64,000 nt of DNA from Octopus sinensis (GCF_006345805.1 NC_043011.1:4650001-4714000), one strand, 5' to 3'. Positions 1 to 13,689 are shown, numbered from the stretch's first letter. Numbers and translations: made by a program. The notes: generated from the sequence alone by a model not told the origin.

Positions 1-239
1 AATTTTTATTTGTTAAAATTCCTTGTAATAAGGAGAAGAAAAAATTCTTAGCTTAATGAGTAATTCAAGCCATGAAAAGAATGGGAGACAACATTGAGAT
101 TTTAATTAATAAGAGTTAATTAGGAATAAAATGTGAGCAACGTGCAATGCAATGACAATTTCGTATTTGTTTTGGACTAATTAAAACTTGTTCATTACCG
201 GCAGACAATGATGAAATTGTGTGTTTGTATATATCTTCT

Positions 240-520
240 ATCTTTTACTTGTTTCAGTCATGTGACTGGAGCCATGCTGGGGTGCCGCCTCGAAAGGTCT
301 TAGTCGCAGAAATCGACTCCAGGACTTATTTTGAAAATTTGGTACTTATTCTATCGGACTCTTTTGCCGAACCGCCAGCTTACGGGGCCGTAAACACACC
401 GAGTCCAGTTGTCAAGCGGTGGTAAGCGACAAAGACAGACACACATAGGTATTTATACATACATTACACACACACACACACATGCACGCACACAGACACA
501 CGCACGCACACACACGCACG

Positions 521-575
<55 letters not shown>

Positions 576-670
576 GTGCGTGTGTGTGTGTATGTGTGTG
601 TATATATGTATGTATGTATATATACATATATACATATTTATATATACATATATATACATATATATTTATA

Positions 671-702
<32 letters not shown>

Positions 703-711
703 CATACATAT

Positions 712-744
<33 letters not shown>

Positions 745-764
745 TATATTAATATATATATATA

Positions 765-810
<46 letters not shown>

Positions 811-965
811 ACGGACTTCTTTCAATTTTTCAATTTCTGTCTACGAAATCCGCTCACAAGGCTTTGGTTGGCCTCAGTCTATAGCGAAAGACACTAGCTC
901 AAGGTGCCACGCTGTTGGACTGAACTCAGGTCATGTCGTTAGGAAGCAAGCTTCTTACTACACAC
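240..965 (-). mobile_element. tRNA-derived SINE, family A, with expanded internal CA/TA microsatellite (~460-807)
   Basis: Both halves match the intact copies at 40464-40868 and 62064-62468 in reverse (cttttacttgtttcagtc...; cacaaggctttggt...caaggtgccacg). Confidence 0.85.
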
Positions 966-998
966 ACGCACACACACACACAAACATGCACACACACC

Positions 999-1044
<46 letters not shown>

Positions 1045-1149
1045 TAATGTCACACAGGGTGATAACAAATGAGAACACTAAAAGAAAACTGAACAAATCA
1101 TACAATGGCCTGGAACATGCTCAGGCTTTCATCAGTTATCGACTAGATC

Positions 1150-1660
1150 TCATCACAATTTCGACACTTCGTGATATGTATCCTGCTCGTTCGCCAAGGA
1201 CCATCTAGTCATCCTTAAGCATGGCTGATGACTTTCGAAATGACTTTGTTTAGAGTGAAGAAGAGTTGCGCAGCGTCAACCTCTCGGTCTTGGCCGTGAC
1301 CATCTTCAATCCCGTGACAAGACCAGGTCCAGGTCCAGGTAAAAGGATAATGAGATGTATGCTACGGGTGACCAAGATGTCTTACTTGTCTCATCTTGCT
1401 CTGTGAACTGCACAATACATTGCTGTAGACACTGCCTTCGCCTCTGTTGAACCATGAAGGTTTCTTCCACAGAGTCCGCTGGATCCAGTCTTCAAATGCA
1501 TAAGTAGGCAGCCATAAAATGCTAATTAGCTCAAAGGTGGATATACGGGTGCTACTACACCGGGTCAGAATAGACCTGGGAATAGTAGCTGATAGGTTGT
1601 TTCACATTCATCAAGATCCTCGAAATAAGGGCTTCATGTTGCCGATCGTGTTGACGGTGT
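1150..1660 (-). pseudogene. Probable decayed RTE-type LINE reverse-transcriptase C-terminal region
   Basis: GC-elevated island. Minus frames give TRISTFELISILWLPTYAFEDW (cf. TK.RIF...V..VLLYG.E.W) and KMRQVRHLGH (cf. RQLRW.GH), with many stops. Confidence 0.35.
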
Positions 1661-1921
1661 TCCAGAGTATCGTCGATCGAGCAGATTATGATCAAAGCCA
1701 TTCCAGTTATGACCATTCTCTTCTTCTTCCACTTTGAATGCGAGTTAGGAACTCGGGATCACATAGACCAACATTCCTTTTTAGATGGAAGAGTGCGTTT
1801 TGCGGGTAATTTAACTGTTACTTCCAGTTGATCAAGAATTTAGAAGCTTTTTCGTTGATTCGTTGAGTCCCTAGTTATTTAGTCAGGTGTTTCACCATAT
1901 TCTAACACTTCTTTACTCATA

Positions 1922-2392
1922 AGCGCAGGTTGAGGGCTTAAGAAGCTTGCTTCCCAAAACGTGTAGTTTGTGTTCAGTCCCACGACGCGGCACCTTGAGC
2001 AAGTGTCTTCTTCTATAGCCGCGGGCTGACCAAAGCCTTGTGATTGGATTTGGTAGACGGAAACTGAAAGAAGCCCGTCATATGTGTGAGTGTATGTATA
2101 TATGTATGTATGTATGCATGCATGCATGCATGTATGTATGTGTATATACGTGTGTGTGCATATATCTTTGTGTTTGTGTTGCATTTGTTCCCACAACCGC
2201 TTCGACAACTGGATTTGGTTTATTTACATCACCTTAACCTAGTAGCGCAGAATAAAAAAAGTAGACCACTTGGAGAAGGCCTAGACTTAAAGAAAATACA
2301 TGCTGAGATCGACCTATTAAAGTAAACTCATCAAGGCAATGCCCCAGCATGGCTGCAGTCCAATGATGAAACAAATACATAAAAGAGTAAAA
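1922..2392 (+). mobile_element. SINE family A (diverged full-length copy)
   Basis: tRNA-like head, ggcaccttgagcaagtgtctt core, internal TA/TG tract, 3' tail gaaacaaa...aaaagagtaaaa. Confidence 0.85.
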
Positions 2393-2912
2393 AGGAGAAT
2401 AATTAATTGGTAGTAGCTTCTCGTAATCGAAACCGTAGTCTCTGCTGCCCAGTTTCCCCTCCACTTCGCCATCTTTTGGATCGGTTTGGCCAGTTTTAAG
2501 GGGATGGATTCTATTGATTGACGTTTACAAATTGATAAAAATAAAAATAAAAAATAAAAATTGCAAACAGAAATAAACCAACAAAAAGAAAGAAAGAAAG
2601 AAAGAAAGCTATTAGGTTTAAGGAAGAGCGGTGAAACTTAAGGTGTTAGGTTCGCTACTGAAATTCGAACCCTGAACTATATAATTGCCAGCTGTGCCGT
2701 GCTGTTTAATTAAGGTAACGTTGTTGTTTTTGTTGTTGTTATTTTTATTTCTTATTTTCTTTCCTTCCTTTTTTTTTTCTATCTATGTTTATTTATTTAC
2801 TCCCAAGAATGTGCGCTGCTTAATTGGAAAACTCAGTAGGGACGATAGACAGACAGACAGACAGATAGATAGATAGATAAATAGATAGATAGATGGATAG
2901 ATAGATAGATAG

Positions 2913-2974
<62 letters not shown>

Positions 2975-3215
2975 GATGGATAGATATAGACATATGACGA
3001 TTGAAAGAAAGTTATGGGTGGAGAGAGTGAAAGTAACGGCAAGATGAAGTGAGGTAGTACAGTATTTTATATATGTATATATATATATTCTTTGGCCGGC
3101 GTATTACACCGGAAAATATGTATATATTATATTTATGTGCTATAATTAATGTTGTTGCTGTTGACTTCTTTTATTCTTCACTATCCTCTTCCATCCTCAT
3201 CATCGTCCGTCGTCG

Positions 3216-3251
<36 letters not shown>

Positions 3252-4161
3252 ACATCTCTTTCCTGTCGCCCTTTCCTCCCCCCTTGCAAAATCCTCCACC
3301 CCCAGCATCACACCTTTTCTTCCTATTCCACTTGGTTCTTCTCTTTAGCCCTCCCGCTGCTTTAAACCATGCGCTGTTTATACTGCTATCACATGGCTGG
3401 CATGATCAACTGCGTGGCGGACAGACAACGCCACCACCGCCACCACTTGCTTCTCTAACACAAATACATACCCATATATATGTGTGTGTGTATTTGTACG
3501 TGTGTGTATGCTTGTGTATACATATATGCTTGAGTATTTACTCTCACATGTATACTTAAATATGCGTACATAGGTTCACACGCAACAAACACACACATAC
3601 ATACATGTTTATACATACACGCACATAACCCTATCGGCAGAAATGGTTGGGATACCTCCTAAAGGCACCCAAGAATATATACTTAAAAGGAGGTAGTGAG
3701 CACAAAGAAATAAATAAAAGAAGGGGGTAGGGCAAAAACCCACCTCTACGTACACGTCCCACCCTTAATGGCAGACGTTTGTCAGAATGGTTTCCTGGTG
3801 AGAAATACAACTAAAGTCTTGGATTTTGTTGGCGCTTTTTTCTGGGTAAAATAAGAACGGTTTGGGGGACGGTGCTCACCATTCTTTTATGTCTTCGTTT
3901 TCTAAAGTTGGAATAATTAACAACCGTAGATGGGTTGGTGATGTTTATCTTTCTTTTTCTCCCCACCTTTCATTTTGTATCTCTTTCATCATCATTCTCA
4001 TAATCTGTTCTTCCACCCCGCTACCAAATAATGAGACGTTGACACCGCAACCCTAGTTATTAGGGCAATGGGTTCGAAACGAGCAGAAGATGAGTAATGC
4101 GATATCTTATAAACAGACACGTGTGCACGTGTGTAAGTAAGTACATGTGAGTGTGGATATT

Positions 4162-4207
<46 letters not shown>

Positions 4208-5224
4208 TGTGCGTGTGCATGCGTTTAGCGTAGTGCATATGTGTCTACATACACACATGCATAAGGTAAAGTGACAGTCAGAACTTATTGACTCGTTAGA
4301 GCAGTACTAAAGACTGCGACTTAATATGGGCCTCCTGTAGGGTCAACAAGAAGGGCACGTCAGAAACTCCTAGCAAATCTCTCTCTCTCTCTCTCTCTCG
4401 TTTTCGCTCTCAACGCTACACTTACAGAACGATTAGTACAATCTTTTAATGAGTGGAGCCATAAAAATTTTTGTTCCTCCTTGAAAATGGTTTGATCATG
4501 CATTCTGCATTCGACCGTGTCTGGCATGAGATTCTCCTACATAAGACGCCTGTCCATGGGCTCCATGTATCTCGTCTCTTTCATTGAAAGCTTTCTGCCT
4601 GATCGCACTGTGGTTTTCCATACGCTATCCTATCGCAGGGTTCAGTTTTATCCCTGATAGTTGGTTATCCAACACATCAACGACTTAGTTGCTTCCATCT
4701 TCAACAACATCCACCCCTAAGCAAATGATAACGTTCTTCATTCCTCTTATTTATCTACAACCAAACGTCATTTACATGCACCCTAGAAACCACATGCCAA
4801 AGGTATACTGTCTTCCAGAATAGAAACTTCCAAGAAGCATTCTCCATGTGGTTGGAAAGCAAGCTACTTACCACACAGTCACGCTTTTCCAAATATTTAA
4901 TTTGTAATGAACTTTTTATCGTATTAAATGCATATTGAATGCTTAAAACTACAAAAGACCTTGTTTACGCATTTTCTACAAATATTGACTACTCGTGCTA
5001 CTTTCAGGATGTTGACAAAATATGCTGTCACGCACAAAATGACAGATTCCAAGTCCTGTTTATTGACTGGGTGAAAATGATTCAACTTTAAACCTCTATA
5101 ACTTTAAAAAAAAAAGTTTTCTGGAAAAGTGAAATAACTCCAGCAATTCAGCTCGGAAAACTACATTAATGTACCAAATTAAAAAATTTTCGATAAACTT
5201 TAATTTTTTAAACCTTTGCCGCCA

Positions 5225-5390
5225 AACAGAAAAGCCCCGGTTAGTCGAATACATCATCTCCAGCGCTCAACTGGTATTTATTTTATCGATCCCGAAGAAT
5301 GAAAGGCAAAGCTGAACCTGTAGACAGAAGAAATGCTGCTAAACATTTTGTCTGGCACTGTAACGATTTCGTCAGCTCACCTTGTAATAG
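5225..5390 (-). mobile_element. SINE family B (central catcctt..gggatcgataaa motif)
   Basis: Reverse complement of the 49217-49430 family: ctggtatttattttatcgatcccgaagaatgaaaggcaaag. Confidence 0.75.
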
Positions 5391-5531
5391 AAATAAAACT
5401 GATAATCTTGCACCCTGCCCATCTTAAATCCGAATAAACAGTTCTTCAGCAGTGATATTCTTCCCTGGCGATCTAATATCCTCAACGTAGCAAACTCTTC
5501 GGAGTTGGCTTATTTCATGCTTACTTTCGAC

Positions 5532-5941
5532 CTTTTCGGTTTGAACAGCAGTTTTTTCTAGCGGTGTCATATGAAATTGTCACCCATAATTATGATCCTA
5601 GTATCGATCTATTGCATTTCAATCTGTTTTAGAGTTAGGGGTGGGGGAAGGGTATCTTTTTTTCTTTACAAATGTAAATAAACCCAATCTGTTTCTTAAA
5701 CGAGGGACATATTCATACGGCACAGAATGTTTTCACTTAAAATAGACGTCATTGATTGGTTGAAATTGCAGAAATTGAAGAAAAAAAAACAGCAAATATC
5801 TTACAACCTATAGAATTTTCTCAATAAAGCCAAGAGAAAAAGATGTTTTATAAACACATTCTACCAGTATACGAAGTTTAAAAGTGTTTAGTAACGTGGA
5901 AATTATTAAAAAAAAACTGCCGTTCAAACCGAAAAGATCCC
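5532..5941. mobile_element. MITE-like non-autonomous DNA element with ~26-bp terminal inverted repeats
   Basis: cttttcggtttgaacagcagtttttt (5532-5557) versus aaaaaactgccgttcaaaccgaaaag (5911-5936), 1 mismatch; no ORF inside. Confidence 0.7.
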
Positions 5942-5985
5942 CTACTTTTAATTAGGCTCAATTTATTTCAGTCTTCTGTCTATAT

Positions 5986-6333
5986 GAGTGGTTTATCAAC
6001 CGGAATCCATACGACCCCTGGGGGCCCATATAAGATTGGTGGAGGTGGTGGTTGGGGGTCTATGCAAGCAAAATAGTAAATTTTGAACTTACAGAAGTAC
6101 ATTAAGAGTCCATGAGAAGAATTTTGCTTTAGACGTATGTATTGCAAGAAACATCTATATTTCTTTCTCTAATGTCATACATAGTTCAAAGTGCACAAGT
6201 TCATGTGTAATGAGCAAAATAGGAATTTCGAAGAAAAAATCTATAAAACTAGTTTTAAACATCGAGGGTCGACGAGAATAAAATAGCAATCAAAAGGGTC
6301 CATAGATATAAAAAAAAATAGTTGAGACCACTG
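5986..6333. mobile_element. Possible hAT (Charlie-like) MITE
   Basis: Ends gagtggtttatcaac and gttgagaccactg resemble CAGTGGTTCTCAAC-type TIRs; degenerate. Confidence 0.4.
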
Positions 6334-7570
6334 GCCTATATTGTGTTTACCTCTTCATCTCCAGCACCAGTCAGGTCCTGTCTCTCAGAGGCTCGATTCC
6401 CTGCCAATATCTACTCCAGACATTTTTTCTTCTCAGTAGCTGTCAACTTGTAGTTATTCGAGACGAACATCAATCGTGTTGATCTCACCGATCTAGGAGG
6501 ACCTGCGAAGGCAATAGAACACCCGCTTCCTCCAAACTAAACCGTAAAAGAAAACAATTCTTTATCACGGTAATATTCTAATTAGCAATTTTCATATAAC
6601 CAACGTTATATAAGTTACCACTACTTGACTATTATATATCATAATCTTCACTGGATTCTTTCCAGTTCGTTTGCAAGCTCGGCAATAGAAGGGCGCTAAA
6701 GAAAACGATAATAGATGAGAATTCTTTGGCACCATTCAGTCTCGTTGTTGTTATTTAACCCAGGACAATTTCAAGCAATTAATATCTATGATCAAAAGCG
6801 TTCCGATTTCGACCATATTGACTTTTCATATATCAGGTACAGAATTAATCCAGTGCATTTGTTTTCTTTTTCGTATAGATGTTAGTTTGTCTTTTTGGTG
6901 AAGAGAGATCTGACTGCTATTTCTAGCAGATAGAGTAGCCACTTTATTGCCACCCCCTCGTTAGCTACTATAGTTTTATATGACTACTATGTATTACTAG
7001 TGGGGACTACCTAAAGTGCAGGGCCTTGGCAGGGAGGTGACAAGTTCTTGATGTTTCCCATGCAGCAATTTCTCTCCCCCCTCTCTCTCTCTCACTTCTC
7101 CTTCTCTCTTCCCCATCCCTCTAACTCCCTCCTTCCCCTCTCTCTTCCCTTTCCATTTCTTTGTTTCTGCCCCTTCTCCCTTCTCATCTCCCTCTGAAAC
7201 TTTAATGGTGTTTAAGGCGTGTGTATGTCCAAATATGGTTTGACATCTCAGTGTAGTCGCACGAGTCCCCCCAAAACAATGTGAACAGTATGATCCATAT
7301 TCAGGGTTCACCTATTTGATCTCAATTAATTCTCATGGTTTGTTGCTTAAGCGTTTCCTTCCGCAAACTGGATTAAGTTGGAAAACAACGGAAGTTTAGA
7401 ATTTAACTTTTGTTCTTTTTTTGTTTTTGGCTTTTGCTTAGGTGGGCTACGAATCTTGGCTGACGAGTCCTTGAAGCCCAAAAACATATGGATACGAACT
7501 TTACCAACACGAGTGCAATTTGTAATGAAAAATATACAAACATGCGTGCAAAGTTTACTAGACGTAAATT

Positions 7571-7616
<46 letters not shown>

Positions 7617-7917
7617 TTTATTCCTCTCTTTCTCTAATAGAAAAATACGCAACAGTATCATCTGTAAACTCTTAGAGGATTGGCACTAATTGAAAACCGT
7701 ATGAGTTCCGTGACTGGACGTCTCTTTACACAGTTAACTGTATGATCATCAACAGTCGGAATACGAAGAAGATAATGAAACATCACAGTGCTACAAGGAA
7801 CCTCAGCTGTTAAACATTCACCGAAAATACATACGTCTGCTGTTATAGAGGATAAATCTAGAAGTGTTCTCTGAAAATTTTATTACGTTTTAATCCCAAA
7901 TGAATTCAATGATATTT

Positions 7918-8017
7918 GAGCGCTAAAAATCTCACATGGAACAAAGGGGGTGCAATAATAGAATTGACAGCAGTAGCCGAACATGTTAACATCCAAGAAA
8001 AACAGTATAAAATTATA

Positions 8018-8059
<42 letters not shown>

Positions 8060-8239
8060 ACACACACACAACACACACACAACACACACAACACACACAC
8101 ACACATACACACACACTTACCTATACATAAGTACGTCTATATATTCATACGTACACACATACACCCAAATTAATATGCCCACAGGCATGCATAGAAAGAC
8201 ACTCACACCACACACGTAAAACAATTATATCATTGAAGT
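7918..8239 (+). repeat. Donor segment duplicated at 9151-9392
   Basis: Near-identical gagcgctaaaaatctcac...atcattgaagt; the copies differ by one substitution and by CA-tract length. Confidence 0.95.
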
Positions 8240-8386
8240 GTTTCTTTAGTTATTTAAGAAAACCCGAAAAAACTGTTATACTCATCGTTTATTTCTTGAT
8301 AGTAAAGTCATTTACGAATTCTCCCATAGTTTCACAACACTTCTTTCCATGGACTCTGTTCCAGTTACTGAATCACTGAATCACTT

Positions 8387-8623
8387 ATACATACATACAT
8401 ACATACATACATACATACATACATACATACATACATACATACATACATACATACATACATACATGCATACATACATACATACATATATACATACATACAT
8501 ACATACATACATACATACATACATACATACATACATGCATACATACATACATACATACATACATACTTACATACATACATACATACATACATGCATACAT
8601 ACATACATACATACATACATACA

Positions 8624-8654
<31 letters not shown>

Positions 8655-8715
8655 CATACATACATACATACATACATACATACATACATACATACATACA
8701 TACATACATACATAC
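8387..8715. repeat. (TACA)n microsatellite, ~330 bp
   Basis: Directly visible; source of the YIHT/MYVC pseudo-ORFs. Confidence 0.98.
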
Positions 8716-10320
8716 GAGAAGACATATACTCCTTCTGGAGGAAAATCTGGAGTGAAGCGAATGAATTTAATAAAGATGCTCTGTGGCTGGAATAAATCCG
8801 AAAAAGTTATTGCTCCTGCAGTACATCCAAGAGATACAACATTGATGGTGAAACGTTTGCAACTGTGATCCAGAAACTCCAAAATGGAAAAGCACCTGGA
8901 AGAGACTTGATTGCTGGATATTGGTGCAAGTAGCCAACATTCTACTGACCATATCTTATCAATCTGTACCAGCAAGCTTTTATTGGGAACAGTAGCATAC
9001 CACACTGGTTAGTTCTGGCAAAGACAAAATTAATTCCTAAATGCAGAACCACCTACATGGCAAAAAAACTACCGGCCAATTGTATGCCAGAACTTAATGT
9101 ATAAAATATATATAGCATTTGAATTAATGTATAAAATATATATAGCATTTGAGCGCTAAAAATCTCACATGGAACAAAGGGGGTGCAATAATAGAATTGA
9201 CAGCAGTAGCCGAACATGTTAACATCCAAGTAAAACAGTATAAAATTATACAAACACACACACAAACACACACACACACATAAGTACGTCTATATATTCA
9301 TACGTACACACATACACCCAAATTAATATGCCCACAGGCATGCATAGAAAGACACTCACACCACACACGTAAAACAATTATATCATTGAAGTTTAAGCCT
9401 CTTGCTCCAGGACCATTGTGAAACCAATAACATTACCACAGCAGAACAAGCTGCTGGGAAGAAGGGAGTCGGAAGATGTGCCGAGCAATTGTTAATCACC
9501 AAAACTGCGATGTCAGAGGAGCGAGAGCTAAGGAAGAACCTAGTTTCAATGTGGCTAGACTACAAGACAGTGTTTGGCTCTGTACCCCATTCATGGATGC
9601 TAGAAGCCCTTTAAGTTGCTTAAGTTCCAGTGAGAATAGTCAAAGCCATAGCTAACCTGACTTCATCGTGGGCCACCATCTTGAAATTGAACACAAAGAG
9701 TGAATGTATTATCACCGATCGAGTACAGCAAAAGCATATTCCAAGGAGACAGTCTCTCTGTGATGTTATTTATACTTTCTGTAAACTCCTTGTCAAGTCT
9801 GAAGGATATCTCACTGGTTCACAAGGAAACAAAAATACCAGAATTATACACTGTTTCTTTGTGGATGGCTTAAAAACTTTATGCAAAGAATATGCATGAG
9901 ATGGAAAAGATCCTTGACCTAGTCACAACATTCTCAAAGAATGTAGGATTGGAGTTTGATCAGGATAAATGTTGTTATATGGTTGGGAAAAGGGGGAAAC
10001 TATAAACCAGACTAGTAACATCTCCATCAATTATTTGACTGTTTCCCCTATTTCTGACGAGGAATATTACAGGTATCTTACAGTGGAACCTGTAACAAAA
10101 CACGTGTCACTAAAGAATATTACAGCAGAATAAAGAAAATTTGGACCTCAGAACTCTCTGCATTCAATAAAACAGTGGCTCACAATGTGTTTGCAGTGCC
10201 AGTACTCATACCAACATTTGGGCTGCTTGATTGGACGCTTGATGAGATCCGAGCCATTGATGTGAAAACTCGAAAAATATTAAAAAGCGCACAAAATTTC
10301 CACATAAACAGTGATGTAAT
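8716..10320 (+). mobile_element. Decayed R4/Dong-like (RLE-type) non-LTR retrotransposon, RT domain, interrupted by the insertion at 9121-9392
   Basis: KAPGRDLIAGYW...IPHWLVLAKTKLIPK...AKNYRPIVCQNLMYKIY, then LLQDHCETNNITTAEQAAGKKG...MWLDYKTVFGSVPHSWMLEAL...HCFFVDGLK; stops and frameshifts throughout. Confidence 0.85.
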
Positions 10321-10558
10321 ATTTAGAATGGCAATTATCTACTGACAATTTTCGGAAAAGTGTTAAACCCGATTTACTTCAAGAATAGTTGATTATGACG
10401 TCACAGGACACTGTTCCGCCGTTTGGGGTAAAAATGTGTAAAACAGGAGCTCAGGGATTAATATGGTGGAGAAACGGAATGCCAGCGTATATATGTATGA
10501 ATGTAATTTATGTATGTATGTATGTGTGTGAGCATGCATGAAATATGTTTATGAATGA

Positions 10559-10612
<54 letters not shown>

Positions 10613-10794
10613 AATAATAATAAAATTAGGGAATAAATCCAAATTTACAGGGGAAAAAAATCAGATTTAGGATTAAATCCAATTTTATAGTAAAATATTA
10701 TATAATATTAATTCGAGACAAAACCACTATTTTGCAAAACAAACAAGGAAAGACTTAATCATACATAAAATTTTTTAATATAAGAAATAAACCG

Positions 10795-10837
10795 CCACTA
10801 CAATCGTTTCATGTCTTCAATGACATTCGTCAGGTGG
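10795..10837 (-). ncRNA. Mirror copy of the hammerhead ribozyme on the minus strand
   Basis: Exact reverse complement of 10907-10949. Confidence 0.85.
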
Positions 10838-10906
10838 ATTTTCGATCTCCTAATCTGTATTAATTTATGAACTTCATAAATTAATACAGATTAGGAGATC
10901 GAAAAT

Positions 10907-10949
10907 CCACCTGACGAATGTCATTGAAGACATGAAACGATTGTAGTGG
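10907..10949 (+). ncRNA. Minimal type I hammerhead ribozyme, canonical core
   Basis: CCAC-CUGACGA-AUGUC(AUUGAA)GACAU-GAAAC(GAUU)GUA|GUGG: stem I CCAC/GUGG, 5-bp stem II, GUA triplet with predicted cut after 10945. Confidence 0.85.
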
Positions 10950-11038
10950 CGGTTTATTTCTTTATATTAAAAAATTTTATGTATTGATTAAGTCTTTCCT
11001 TGTTTGTTTTGCAAATAGTGGTTTTGTCTCGAATTAAT

Positions 11039-11127
<89 letters not shown>

Positions 11128-11139
11128 TATATATATATA

Positions 11140-11345
11140 TAGGGGGGAGAATTCACAAACAAGCAAAAGACGAAGACAGGTGGTGTAGAAAACAAACAGA
11201 TGTATATATAACGCTCGGGAAATAAAAATCTTTAACGTTTCGAGCCTATGCTCTTCCACAGAAAGGAACACAGAAAGAAACAAGGAGAGAAAATAAAGAA
11301 TGTGTCGTGACTAGCGATCTATCATGGCGAATGCCGGACAGCATT
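11140..11345 (-). mobile_element. ~200-bp HHR-like mini-element in (TA)n, same family as 47345-47600 and 54690-54910
   Basis: Minus strand 11230-11265: CUUU-CUGUGGA-A-GAGC(AUAG)GCUC-GAAAC-GUU|AAAG; shared downstream cttcgtcttttg motif. Confidence 0.7.
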
Positions 11346-13263
11346 ATATATATATATGTGTGTGTATACATGCGTATGTATGGATGTGTGTATATATATA
11401 TGAATATATTTGTCTGTGTTTGTGTGTGTGTATGTATGTGTGTGTATATGTATATATGTGTGTGTATACACATGCACACATGTGCGCATAAAAACTTAAT
11501 CCATTATCGTTAATTCGACAAAATATACTTTGTTTTGCCTATGTCACTTTGGGAACAATTATTGAGTAACCACTTTATGCACTTTCAGAATCATCTTACC
11601 ATGGACAGACATAACTTCTTTGTACTTGTCAGCATTTGGAATATGTATACATGTATATACATACCTATATGTAAAATACATGCTTGGCACGAAACTCACG
11701 GCACTTGAATTACCTCGTAACTCGCAGCTTATAAATAATATGCGTATATGTATGTGTATATGGTTGTATGCAGTTTTATTACTTTTCGGATTGAATGGAA
11801 ACTGGTCATACTTCTACAAACGTCATTTTTAATGCGTTGTTGTACATGATTTAAATTTGTGTCAAACACGTGTTTTCCCCTCGCAGTCGCATTTATTACA
11901 AGGAGATCATCCTTTCTTCTTAATATTTGGTGGGATAAGAAATCTAAATTTGAAACTGAGGAATAATGATAAGAACGCAGCGTTTACCTATTTTAATTTC
12001 TTTTTGCTTACATGTTACAAGCTTCTCATAAATTTTCTAGTCACTGGTGATCATATATACTACTACTATTTCATTCTTTTTAGAATAGTCAGCATGATAT
12101 ATATACATTATTAAGTAAGCATTTTATAAAGCGAGTCATTTCATTACAGATGGAGATAATTATAGTCTGCAGGAAATTCACAAAGTTTTTTTCTTCTTCA
12201 TAGAATGTTAGTAGTTTGGCAATCGAGAGTAAAGAGAAAAAGTTTTTAGTGTTTACATATGAGAAAATAACAGTTTCTAGAAAATTTTATCTTGTGAAGG
12301 TGTCTTAAAGTGGCCAATAATTCCAGTTTGAACCACAAACAAATTCCTAAACTGTTTCCAGATATAACCTTTGAGGTGTAGCTGTTAGTTTCGTTGTATG
12401 CCCTTTAGTTATGTAGTAGAACAGGCACATGTTCGTGAACGGTCGTCAACACATTTAACAGTTTTTTTCGAAACCACAGCAAGAATTTTTCAAACAATTT
12501 TTTCCCCTAACATTCGCAGTTATTACAAGAGAGATCATCCTTTCTTCATAACACTTGGCGCCTCCTCGTTGTTCTGTTAAATATCAAACACCTTGAAAAT
12601 TAGCTGACATTTGAATTAAAAATGTGAACTGCATTATGTTAATATAATACTCATAACACATCTTCAGATTTGATAGTGATTTCATTGTGAATATAAATAA
12701 TTCATGTTCTCCGTATTGACTGCAGTGATCGTGGTAGTGGTGAGAAGACAATGACGAGGAATTTATTTTTTTGTTGGGCTAAAATTTACATCTTTACATA
12801 TCGCTGATTTAACGCATGCGTCTCAGTGCAAATAATTACCGTTGGAAGATGAAACCTAGGTTTTATGTTCGTAAATTTCAGAATCAAAAGATGACTAATA
12901 CAATTTACGACAGATATTTGTACATTGATGGTATGGATGGGGTTGGTGACGTTTGTTTCTAGCGAAAAGTTTCTTTCATTTCCAAATGCTATGTTCCCAT
13001 GTATTCATACATACATACATACATACATACATACATACATACATACATACATACATGCACACATACACACACACATACATACATACATACTACATACATA
13101 CATACATACATACATACATACACACGTACACACACATACATACATACGTACACACATACATACATATATACATACATACATACATACATACATACATACA
13201 TACATACATACATACACACATACATACACACATACATACATACATACACACATACATACATGT

Positions 13264-13487
13264 TCTTTTATTCATTTATTTGTTTCAGTCATTTGACTGC
13301 GACCATACTGGAGCACCGCCTTTAGTCGAACAGATCGAACCCAGGACTTATTGTTTGTAAGCCTAGTGCTTATTCTATCATTCTCTTTTACTGACCCCTC
13401 CCCCACCAACATCGGTTGTCAAGCGATGGTGGGGTGGGGTGGGGACAAACACAGAACACAAACATGTACATACACACACACACACAC

Positions 13488-13536
<49 letters not shown>

Positions 13537-13626
13537 GGCCCGAGGCTATAGTAGAAGACACTTACCCAAGGTGCCATTCAGTGGGACTGAACTCGGAACC
13601 ATGTGGCTGGTAAACAAGCAACTTAA
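13264..13626 (-). mobile_element. SINE family A
   Basis: Tail ttgtttcagtcatttgactgcg, internal CA tract, head ggactgaactcggaaccatgtgg. Confidence 0.85.
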
Positions 13627-13689
13627 CATGCAGAGTATGGTAAGTTGCTTGTATGGCATACAGCTATACGAGAGGCTGAAATATATTAT

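Larger units (their letters stand above)
10610..11045. mobile_element. Palindromic hammerhead-bearing non-coding element (PLE terminal-repeat-like hairpin) between (TA)n arrays
   Basis: Arms ~10701-10871 and 10873-11045 are reverse complements (3 single-base indels), centre at c10872; the left arm extends ~90 bp further. Confidence 0.85.
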
